Below, piece after piece: positions 1-12,300 of a DNA stretch of 64,000 nucleotides. A model generated the notes under the pieces. It was not told the origin of the DNA, did not search any database, and saw nothing but the letters and a program-made list of their open reading frames with translations. Every line of letters begins with the position of its first letter. The first letter of the stretch is position 1. This stretch comes from Octopus vulgaris (lineage: Eukaryota): the NCBI GenBank assembly GCA_951406725.2, contig OX597838.1:372001-436000 (forward strand), given 5' to 3'. Made by a program: the position numbers and the translations under genes.

Positions 1-55
1 AAACCGAAAACCACATGGTTGTAAAACAAACTGACTGTTCTTTTTTTTTTATACA

Positions 56-322
56 TTAGCTAGAAATGTTCTCTTCTGGGTTCACGAGATCCTCATTAAT
101 TAATGGCACAGTGGAACAACCACTGCTTCCTATCAGTGTATCAAATATTTCGTAACAGACGGAATTACGTCCAGTAAAGGATTTGATGCAGCATTCCATC
201 ATCGGCAAATTCTGACCGTTTCCCTCACTTGAATGGATTCTCTCCAAGCAGCTTCTAACTTTATTCACAGCTTCTGCATCTGATATAAATTCCAATGGGG
301 TTATGTTATTGAAGAATTTCAC
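56..322 (-). CDS. POT1: POT1 last coding exon
   Basis: VKFFNNITP...LPMMECCIKSFTGRNSVCYEIFDTLIG...ISS, stop TAA at 58-56. Confidence 0.93.
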   Translation of the reverse strand: MKFFNNITPLEFISDAEAVNKVRSCLERIHSSEGNGQNLPMMECCIKSFTGRNSVCYEIFDTLIGSSGCSTVPLINEDLVNPEENISS

Positions 323-3300
323 CTGAAATATTAAAATATTCAATTATAAAGAACAGAAGCAAAACGTATTTCTTCAAAAATATAAATAATTTAATAAAGT
401 AAATTTCTTAAAACCTACATTAAAAAAAAAACCTGAATATATATACTACATACTTGGTTACATTTTGGCCAAAAATTGGTCCAGGCAATGTTTAACTTTA
501 AAAGCACCACCTAATAGAATCTGCTTAGCATTTAGATTTCTATGTCAAATCTAATACTTATTTATTGCCATTGTTTTGAATTAATCCTGCTTTATCTCAT
601 AGCTTCAAGATTTCAATGATGTGATTGCGCATTTTTATTTTGCAAAGAACATTGATGGATAGGTGTAAGAGGCCAGATCTGGTCAGTTTGAACATAAAAC
701 AGAATATTTTAGTTAGATCTGGCCAGTTTAATTGCTTAAAAGCTTAGGTAATTTTGAAGTCAAGTTTTGTGGGATCATGGCCCATTCGAGTGGGGAGTTG
801 TTGACTGAGGTGTATCCAGGTGTCCATGGCTTACTTGGCATCCCTTGAAGAAATTTGTACAGATATCGTTTGAAGGTAAATTTGTTTTGGGATCATGTTA
901 AACAGGGAAAGGCCTGTTGAGGGAAAGTAATCATGTTGCAGTGTATTTATGTTTTGTGACAGCCCCATAAAGAAATGCTGATCTCCCAGAGTGGATGGAT
1001 CTCGTGGAAGAGGGAGACCCAGAGGGGACAAAATACTGAAAGACGACCTCAGGACATTGAACCTCTCAGACAAGATGACAAAGGGCTGAAATATCTGGTG
1101 CCTTGCTGTACACATGAAGACTCATCCTGCACAGCAGAAGTGTTAAGCCCAACCCCACCCCACTGGGATGGGGAAAATGATTCGCTGGCATGAGTCCTGT
1201 GACAGTGCCACATTAAAAGCACCCAGTGCCACTCTGTAAAGTGGTTGGTGTTAGGAAGGGCATCGAGCCATAGGGGCCATGCCAAATCAGACTGGAGCCA
1301 GGCACAGTGCCCCAGCTGACCAGCTCTGGTCAAACCATCCAACCCATGCCAGCATGGTCAATAGACATTAAATGACGATGACGAGTGTGCAAGTGATGTA
1401 GCGCTTAGTGTGGGGCTGGAGAGAAGAGAGTTTCAATATCTTAAGATGGTCCCTAGAATCAAGATTGGTCATATTTTTGTAATTGCTCCCTGGGGTCTCT
1501 CAGTTCTCCATAATATGTAAACCCACTAAATTACAAGCTATTTGTGGTGCCTCGATATAGTCACTCAATCTGCTAGAAATAGCAAACAAAGTTCTTTCAA
1601 ATCACACTAGTATCTTAAAACAAATTGATACATTGGATAGTACAGCTGCAATATACAACTCTGACCTATGGTCAGTTTGACCAGTGCTGGCCTCATTTAA
1701 ACAACATTGAATTCCTTCTTCCCAATATATTAAAAGTGACCAGTGGTTTTATCCTAAGCAGAGATAAGACAGCGAGGATGTAGAACTAATATACTATTGG
1801 GGTCCAGCAGCGAGCAGGAAGATGGGTGTGCTTTAGAGTGGAGGGGCCAGGAAAGGGGGTTGGCATTTTTTTTTTCTTTTTCTATTTTGATACTTCAATG
1901 GCTGTGGTTTCAGGTTCAACTCCACAGCGCACCATCTTGAGCAAGTTTCTTCTACTACAGCCTTAGGCCAATCAAAGCCTTGTAAATAGATTTGGTAGAT
2001 GGAAATTGTAAGAAGCCCATTGTATTTGTGTGTTGACATAATGTGATAGGATGTTCTTCGTTTCATTTCCTGTCTTCTATGTAAAACAAGTCTGACTATA
2101 GGGAAATATTACTTTGCTTGGAAACAGGTGAAGGTTGAGGACAGCGAGAGCATCCAGCAGTAGAAAATCTACCTCAATAAATTGTCAGACTCCTGCAAGC
2201 ATAAAAATGTGGATGTTAAGATGAAGAAACGGGTAAGAAAGATAGTGGCTTAGTGCGTGTGTGTGCGTGCATAATGCTGATGGGACTTTCATATTTCACC
2301 ACTCCCTCCCTTCCTATACCCCTCTCTTTCCATTCCCCACTTCAACCATCATTTATTGTCCAGTCCCAATCAAATACTGACCAGTAAACAGGCTATTCAC
2401 TCTCAACGGCCGTGTGCTTTGCAATAGAAGTAATTTGTCATATTGCAGTTTTCTTAGTTGCCCATTCCTCCACCCATCTTCACCATTTACTGCATTGTAA
2501 AGAGGATGTAAAGAGCTGGAACAAACACCATGATGCTCTAAAAGTTTCCTCATTTCATTATCATCATCATCATCATCAACATCCGTTTCCCATGCCTGCA
2601 TGGACTGGACAGCTGGGCCAGGGACCACACCGGGTTCCATAGTCTGTTTTGGCTTGGTTTCTGTGGCTGCATGCCCTTCCTAATGCCAACCACTCTACAG
2701 AGTGTACTGGATGATTTTTACGTGGCATCACCTTGTAATTGTTCAGAATAATAATAATAATAACAAGCATAATTTGACATCTGCTGCTATCTTGCTACAA
2801 TACAATATTGGTCAAGATGGAATCAAAAGTCAAAGTAGCATCAGTAATTTTCTTTTTTTCAAAGGTATCTGTTTCAATACATTGATCCCATTTATCAATG
2901 TAGGGATCAAATTAAAAAGTGTGAATCTTTTCGGTTTGAATGGCAGTTTTTAACATAATTTCTAGGTAACTAAAAAATTTTGGACTTCGTATACTGGTAG
3001 AATGTGTTTATAAAACATCTTTTTCTCTTGGCTTTATTGAGAAAATTCTATAGCTTGTAAGATATTTGTTGTTTTGTTTCTTCAATTTCTGCAATTTCAA
3101 CCAATCAATGATGTGTATTGAGGTAAAAAACATTCTGTGCCGTATGAATATGTCCCTCGTTTAAGAAACAGATTGGGTTTATTTACATTTGTGAAGAAAA
3201 AAAGATACTCTTTCCCCCACCACTAACCCTAATCCTAAAACAGATTGAAATGCAATAGATCGATACTAGGGTCATAATTATGGGTGACAATTTCATATGA

Positions 3301-6300
3301 AACCTCTAGAAAAACTGCCGCTCAAACCGAAAAGATCCAAAAGTGTAAAGGTAACTTACAGCTTCGTCTCTCCAAAGGTTGGCGATGATATAATAGACGC
3401 CATCTGTCAGAATAAACTTCAACAAAAAGATATATTCCATCACTGGAATGTCTGTAAAACAAAAAAATTGCAGAAATTCTGTTATTCTGTCAACATTTGA
3501 TTCTGGTTGTTACATATGTGTGTCTTCAATGAATTTGAATTTTAAAATTTATTGCATAAAAATGGATGACAATTTTCTTGTTGTCGTCATCATAATCATT
3601 GTTTTAACATTCACTTCTCTATGCTTGCATGGGTTGAAGTGGCTTGCTCAAGGACACAACATACTGTCCAATCCATAAATCAAACCCTCAAACTTACGAT
3701 TGTCCACCCAACACTGTAACCATTCAGTCACATGGAGGATAGAAACAAAATGAAGGCAACAATCTAGAAAAACAGGAAAATCATTTCACCTAAAATACAA
3801 ATTAACATATTTTCTACTCTTACAAAGAAAAGAGAGGAAATAGAAAGGTTTGGTTAATAAAACACACAAAAGACAAAATAGGGACATTAAAGAAATATTC
3901 AAGTCACTGGGTTTTTAATGAGCATCTTTCCATGCTCTCATGTGTTGGACAAAATTTGCCAAAAGCAGATTTTTTCCATCTGGATGCCCTTCCTGTCATC
4001 AACCCGCATCTGTTTCCATGGAAAACTAGCAATGAACGACACTCATCTACAACTATTACACAATGTCAAAACACATGATGGGCTTCTTTCAGTTTCCATC
4101 ATGGTTTCGGGTTCAGTCCCACTGCGTGGCACTTTGGGTAGGTGTCTTCCGCTATAGCCCTGAGCCGACCAAAGCTTTGTGATTGAATTCGGCAGGCGGA
4201 AGTTACTGCCGTGTGTGTATATGTGCGTGTAGGTGCTTGTGCCTCTCCAATAGAGAGAGAGGGAAACCTACTCACAAGGCTTTGATCAGCCAAGGGCTGT
4301 AGAAGAAGACGCCTAAGGTGTCACACAGTGGGACTGAACACAAGACCACATGGTTGGAAAACAAACTTCTTACCACACACCTATCACACCTGGACAAATA
4401 TTGACACAAATTATTAAACATGCTTAATTACATCATTTTATATTAGTTACAATATATTTATTGTAACTAATGGTGACCTTATTTTCTCTCTCTTTTTCAG
4501 TATCCTTCAAAAACTCCATGCTTCCCAAAATTCACCAACACCCCCCCTCCTCTACCACTGCACTCTTTCCTCTTCATGGCTAACTTTCTTGTCTTCCCAT
4601 TTTATTCTGTGTACCCTACAACACCCATTGCCATTTCCCTTTCCTTATTACTGTTTCCTGTCCTCCCTTTGTTTTCTCCTTTCTCACAAACCGCATGGCT
4701 CCTGACCAGCATTGGATAGAATAAGCTCTTTGCTTCTTCAGTGCTAACAATGTTTTGAAAAATCTCCTCACTGAGTCTGCTGACGTTTCCATTTTTCATG
4801 ACTGGACTCAAGAAGACCTGTACCACAGAGCAGAAGTTTTAAGATCATTCCTTCTGGTTGTTTAAAGTACTTATGATGGTTCCACATAAAAGGGCCTGTG
4901 AGGTGCCACATAAAGCACCTAGCACACTGTGTAAAGTGGTTGGCATTTGGAAGGGCATCCAGCTGTGGAAACCATGCCAAATCAGACTGGAACCTGGTCC
5001 AGCTCTGGTCACACCACCCAACCCATGCCAACATGGACAACAGATGTTAAATGATGGTGATGATGATGTACCTTCCAATATTTGAGATGACTCACTGCTC
5101 TACTATCGAGTTCTTTTGTTTATTCAGCTTCTTTCCTCTTCAATTTGATGATGTATGAAATGTGATCTGCAGCAACAACCCCTTCTCTGTATGCCTGCCT
5201 CCAATTCTTACAGTTCTCAGCTAGGGTTTCCCAATTGTTAGGCTCGATGTTAAATAAGGAAACGGTCTTCTTGATGGAGTCACAAAAGTGTTTCTTAGGT
5301 GCACCTCACGAGAGATGATCTTCTTCGAGTCCAGATTACAAGATTTATTTGGGCGTTTTTGTATCCTTTTCAAAATGTATCCATTGGAGTTGATGTTATT
5401 TCATGAGAGTTCAAAGAGTTCTTCTGGATTGTCCTTGCCAGTATATCATCATTACGACAGTCATTGCATTTAACATTCAGGATCAACTCTAATTGAACTT
5501 GATGAAACCTTTTAAGGTGATATTTTTATTACCCAAGTCTCACAGCCATAGAATATGGAAGCATAAGCAACATGAGGCATTAAATCTCGTGTTTTGATTT
5601 TCAGGATATGGTATTGAAAGACATAGGTTAAGCGGTGCCAAAAGGATTTGTGGGCCACAGTTCAAAGAAGCAGGAGTTGGACAAGAGATGACAGATGAAA
5701 CTTCTTTTTGACTCGTTCCCCCCATAGACATATAATCTGAAGAAATCTTTCTGTTCTGAATAACAGAACAAGAATCTTAGGCTTTTGTATACCATTTCAC
5801 AATTAATTCTCTGCCTGATCTTTCCTGCTTGTTCTTTGTGCTTAGTGGTCCGGTTCTTGTTTCTGCCAAAAGAATGATGTCAATCCCATCCAAACATTTG
5901 CCTTGGAAAGGGTAAAACGTACCACAACAGAAGTACCAATTCCACTTTCAAAAAAAAAAAAAAAAGGTTTTAGCCACTACATCAACAGTGTTGAGAAACT
6001 GAACTATATTGAGTAGAAAAGCAGTAAGAGAAAGTATCCATTCATGTGCAATTATGTTGTTCAAGTTGGAAGGATTATGGGAAATCTTAAAGATGAGGAT
6101 TGCTGACAGGAAGAGCATCCTGTCGTAAACCTGCCTCTATAAATCTCATCTGACCCATATAAACAGAAATAAATGGGTTTCAAGTGATGTTGACAATGAT
6201 TATCAACAACCATTCAAGCCATGCTAGAACAACCCAACCATCACTTACCATTAGAATTGGTCTTCTTGGCACAATGGGGGCAGCGGTAATATTCAACACC

Positions 6301-9300
6301 ATCCTTTATATGAAAAGTCGACGGTTCAATATTGTACTTATTTATTGGTGTTCTAAAGAGAGAATTAGGATGGAAAAATGGTAATTAGGACGGACAATGG
6401 TAATTAGGGTGGTAATTATCAGTTGAAAACATACAAAATCTGAATGTTATTTTGAAGAAAAGAATATCAATATTTATTGAACATTCACTGCAATCTTTCA
6501 AAATATTTACAAAACCTTAATTACATATTTCTATTACAAAATGACACTAAATATAAATTTTTGAAGTCACAAGGAAAATTTTAAAAAACCGGATCAACCC
6601 ACTTGCTGTTACTACCTTTAAAACGTCTTTAAAATCTGAAAGTTTTAAATGGATAAAACAAAAATGCAACAAATGTTAGTTCTGTTCTGCAGTTACAAAT
6701 AACTAAATATTTCTTTTTACCACAAAAAATATCTTTAAAGTCTAATACAAAAATATTTTACCAATTCTTGATTGGATAAAGCCTATGTATTAAAATATTT
6801 TAAAGTGAAACTCTACGAAACTAGCGTTTTGGGTTTTGTCATTAGAATTAATCATTAGGTGGCAATTAGTGAATTAATACTTACAGATAATGACATTGAG
6901 GACAAAATAAACTTAAAAAGTCTGATACGCTGTTAAGTTTGGGGCTGTAGTCCATAACTCTGGCCAAAAGACGGAATTTCATGGGAACAGTGGCGTTCTT
7001 AACATCACAGAAATGAGACAACTTGACAGATTGATGGCCTTGAATAACTGGAATTAAAATGGAAAACAATTTCACAGAAATTAATTTTTTTTTAATGACA
7101 GAAGTAAATAGACATCAGGAAGATTTATGTGTTTCTTATCCATCGACTGAAACTGAAGAGATGTGTTGAAAATCGATTTTTACACTATTGATTACATGAA
7201 TGCTTTTGATGCCAAGATACTGGAGACCAGCCCTGAGTCTATGATATTGGAAGGACTGGAAGAACGGTGGTAGCAGGGAATTGTATCAGACTGATAGAAG
7301 GGAAGCTAGGAGACAGGTTTATTTAGCCAGAGGGGAAGCAGATAAGAAAACATTTGACGATGCTCTGTACCATGAGGACCAAAGACTTGAAGTGTTTCGT
7401 GTTGCAAGACAGTGTGTGAGAGAGAATCGTGATATCGTAGGAGAGAAATGTGCCTGCATGGACGATGGTTCACTTGCTAAACGAGGCTGCAAAGAGAGAG
7501 GTTTGGAGATGCCACTATGAAAGGTTGTTCAATAAAGAAAATGAATGGGAGAAAGCCGAATGTCAACTCAAGAGGGACCAGCTATCCGAGTTGACAGTAC
7601 CTTGGTAGATAAAGCAATCAAGAGTATGAAGACAAGGAAAGCCCCCGGCCCATCAGGAATCACTGCAGAGATGCTCAAAATATCTGGCAGTGTTGGCTAT
7701 AGCCTAGTCACCTGTATAGTTAACCAGGTGATACACGAAGGAGTCACACCCAATGACTGGTGTAGCAACATAATAGTCAACTGCTACAAAAGTAAAGGTG
7801 ACGCTTTAGATACAAATAATTACAGAGGTATCAAGTTGTTGGATCAGGTAATGAAGGTCACGGAGAGGGTCATAGTCCAACTAATTAGGGAGAGAGTTAG
7901 TTTAGATGAGATGCAGTTTGGGTTCGTGCCAGGGAAAAGCACCACTGATGCTATATTTCTGGTAAGACAGCTGCAGGAGAAATACCTAGTCAAAGATAAA
8001 CCTCTGTACCTGGCTTTCATTGACATGGAGAAGGCCTTTGACAGGGTCCCCCGATACCTTATCTGGTGGTCAATGAAGAAACTAGGGATAGATTAATGGT
8101 TAGTGAGAGCTGTGCAAGCCACGTACAGGGATGCAGTCAGTAAGGTGAGGGTTGGCAACGAGTACAGTGAAGAATTCAGGGTAGAGGTAGGGGTCCACCA
8201 AGGTTCAGTCCTCAGCCCTCTCCTATTTATCATAGTCCTCAAGGCAATAACAGAGGAATTCAAGACAGGATGACCCTGGGAGCTCCTCTATGCTGACGAC
8301 CTTGCTCTAATTGCTGAGTCACTCTCAGAATTCAATGAGAAGTTTCAGGTGTGGAAGCAGGGATTAGAATCAAAGGGCCTTAGAATCAACCTAGCTAAAA
8401 CCAAAGTCCTAATAAGTAGGAAGGCAGGCAAACCACAAATCCCTTCAGGTAGATGGCCCTACTCGATCTGTAGAAAAGGCATAGATAGAAACTCTATAAG
8501 ATGTACCCAGTGTAAGCTATGGACACATAAGAGGTGCACCAATATCAAAGGAAGACTAATTGGGGGGAAAGTTTTTTGTATGTGGCAGATGCTCAGGAGC
8601 AATAAATAACACTGAAAATGTGCAGAGAACAACTTCCACCACATTCCAGGGAGAAAAACTAGAAGTTGTTGACAGCTTCCATTACCTAGGTGACCAAGTC
8701 AGTAGCAGGGGAGGGTGCGCTGAAAGTGTAACAGCTAGAATAAGAATAGCCTGGGCAAAGTTCAGCGAGCTCTTACCTCTGCTGGCAACAAAGGGCCTCT
8801 TGCTCAGAGTAAAAGGTAGACTGTATGACGCATGTGTACAAACAGCCATGCTACATGGCAGTGAAACATGGGCCATGACTGCTGAGGACATGCGTAAGCT
8901 TGCATGGAATGAAGCCAGTATGCTCCGATGAATGTGTAATGTCAGTGTGCATACTCAACAAAGTGTAAGTACCTTGAGAGAAAATATGGACCTAAGAAGC
9001 ATCAGATGTTGTGTGCAAGAGAGATGACTGCGCTGGTATGGTCATGTGGCGAGAATGGATGAGGATAGCTGTGTGAAAAAGTGCCACACCCTAGTGGTTG
9101 AGGGAACCCGTGGCAGAGGTAAACCATGACCTTAGAACATTAGGCCTCACTAAGGAAATGACTAGCGACCGAGACTTTTGGAAATATGCTGTGCTTGAGA
9201 AGACCTGGCAAGCCAAGTGAGACCATAACCTCGTGGCCTATGCCAGGGGTGTAACCAGCCCACTTATGCGTACCTTCCCTTCATTGGACACTAAACTCTG

Positions 9301-12300
9301 CTTGTGAAGGCCTGTTAAGGCAAGTGAAATCAAAATCAAATTCGATGATTGGCATCCATGCCAGTGGAACGCTAAGAGCACCATCTGAGCGTGATCGTTG
9401 CCAAAGTAGCTAACTGGCTTCCGTGCCGGTGGCACGTAAAAAGCACCATTCAAGCGTGATCGTTATCAGTATCGCCTCACTGGCACTTGTGCCGATGGCA
9501 TGTGAAAAAACATTCAAGTGAGGTCATTGCCAGTGCTGCAGAGTGGCTCCTATGCAGGTGGCACATAAAAAGCACCATTTGAGGGTGGTTGGCATTAGAA
9601 AGGGCATCCATCTGTAGAAACTCTGCCAGATCAGATCGGAGCAGCCATCTGGCTCGCCTGTCCTCAGTCAAAATCGTCCAATCCATGCTAGCATCGAAAG
9701 CGAATGTTAAACGATGATGATGTATATATATATATATATATAAATGTATGTATATATATATATATGCATATATACATACATATATGTACATGCCTACAAA
9801 TATATGCATATATGAGTACAGGACATTAAAAAAAAAAATGAAAAACAAGAACATAAAAAGCAAAAATGGAAAATGAACTTTTATTTGAACAACGAAAGAA
9901 ACAAATAGAGAAACAAGAGAGGCAACATAAAGAACAATCCTTTCATCAGTTGTCCCGTTTTATCTACTCCGCGTTTCAAACGTTAGGACAAGACGCAACT
10001 TCGTCAAAACAGTCATTCTGCAAAACAAATTAAATAAAATTTGGGATTTGTGGAGAGTTAAAGCAGTAACAAAAACAGGACAGTAAGAACAAAACAAGTA
10101 AAAATAAACAGTAAGGGCTGTTAAGCCATAATGAGGTGAAGTGGTGAACGCCGGAGGAACGAGCTTTGACAGGAGACAGACAAAAGTGTGAGATATAAAA
10201 AATAAAAATTGGACACGGGCAATCATTGCATTCTTTCTTGTCTTGAGGTTCACAGCCAAACGGCTGGGTGAATTTGCATGAAAAATGGCACACATGTGGA
10301 GATGGGTGCATACATTGGAATGCGGTTTATATTTTTTTCCTATCCTCCATAGTTACTGAGAAAGTCAATTAAAACTTTTCTAATGGAATTCCCATGTTTG
10401 TTCCACCATTAAAACAACCAGTTGCTCACACAGCCGGCATATACCATTTCAGTAGCAACAAGGGGAGTACAGGATGACAGTCAGCCAAAGCCATTCATAC
10501 ATCCATACATATATACATACATAACCTCTCTCTCCTTTTCTCTGTCAGTCACTCACTACAAAAAGTGAATTAAAAAATTTCAGTTAACTCTCTCTTGGCC
10601 ATACATACAAAACAACCTGCGTGTGTGTGTGTATGCGTGTCACTGAAGCCATTCATACATAAACTCTCTCTCGCTTTTTCTCCGTCAATCACTCACACAT
10701 TCATTCACTACAAAAAGTGAATTAAAAAATTTCAGTTATCTTTCTCTTCCCCTCTCTCTCTCACATACACACACACCAGCAACATTAGTCTCTCTGTCTC
10801 TTCTAACACACTAACAAAAGCAATTCACATATACACCACACATTGTCTCGCACACACCATCAAACACACACACACACACACATCAATTCTTCTGCTTCAT
10901 GCCATCTTCAAAAGAACTTCACTCATACTATCACGCTCCCTCTCTGTCTCTTTCACATCAACTTCAAAAGATCCCTTTTTCCCCAACCCTATATTAAAAT
11001 ATTTGATGGAAACCAACGATCACCTTCAAAAATGTAAATAAACACATGTGGTTTATAAGTGGTTTGTAAGTGACAGTCATGTGTTCCCACATCGAAAGAT
11101 CACCCAATGTTTTAATAATTAGACAGAGGTCCAATAGAATAGCTCTCAGAAACAGACTACACACAAATTTGTTCTTCACAACTACTGAAGCTGCTTTCTG
11201 ACAAGCGAGGGGTGGGGAGAGTCGGGAAATTTTCACACAGGACCCAAAATGATAAGGTTGAGAAACGCTGTTATAGATTATGCCTAACTGAAAACGATCA
11301 CAGCCACATCATCCAAACAGACTGGGTAAAAATCAGGCTTAGCTGCAAGTATATATATATCATATATTTATGATATGTATACACAGTAAATTATTAGTAT
11401 CAAAATCCTAAATACAATGAATTCTTACCTGTTTCTACTTCACTCCTTTTAACTCTTTTTAAACAGGAGTTTTTAATACCTCGCCTAACACTTGTGTGAG
11501 TTCTTTCTATGCTGGCATGGGTTGGACATTCCACCTTCTTTCTTAATTCCGCTAATCTCTTTTTGAGATCATCTATTTCTGAATCTGTTTCGGAAAGTAT
11601 TTTTATGCCGCGACCAAAAGATGTTCCTTTATGCAGAACAAGCTCCAATTTTTCAAAAGCTGGTGGATTAACTAACTCTGGAAGTTTATGTTTTGGGCAA
11701 TGAAGGTTGAAAAATTTTAGGAACATTCCTGGCTGTAATGGAAAATAATCAGTTTATCAAAATCCTAATTCAGGTTTAAATATGAGGTAAAAAAAAAAAA
11801 ATTCTCTTCACTAGTTATATTTAATCTACAGTTTATCATCATCCTCACTGAATGTCCATTTTCCATGCTGGTATGGGTTGGACATTTTGACAGTATCCAA
11901 CGAACCACAGAGCTGCATCAGGTCCTCAATATTTCCTTTTTTTTTTTTCATAAGACAAAGTTCTTAAGAAGTTTACTTTCCAATCAAATGGCTTGAGGTT
12001 CAGTCCTGTAGCACAGCACCTTCAACAAGTGTCTTCTACTTAAGCCTTGGGCCAACCAAAGTCTTCAGAGAATTTGGTAGACAGAAACTGAAGAAACCCA
12101 TTGTGTGTGTGTGTGTGTGTGTCCCTTTCTCTTGACATCACGAGTCGTAAACAAGCATCATCATCATCATCATCATTCTTTAAGTGACATTATGTTCCCA
12201 ATCATCCATGGGGAAAAAAGTTTAACCAATGTGAAATATTACAATGCTTGGAAATAGGTGAGGGTTAGCGACAAGAAGGGCCTCTGCCCATAGGTATTCT

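Noticed and set aside
7545-8931. RT ORFs as an active or domesticated gene
   Set aside because: 5'-truncated with no endonuclease, and multiple stops and frameshifts
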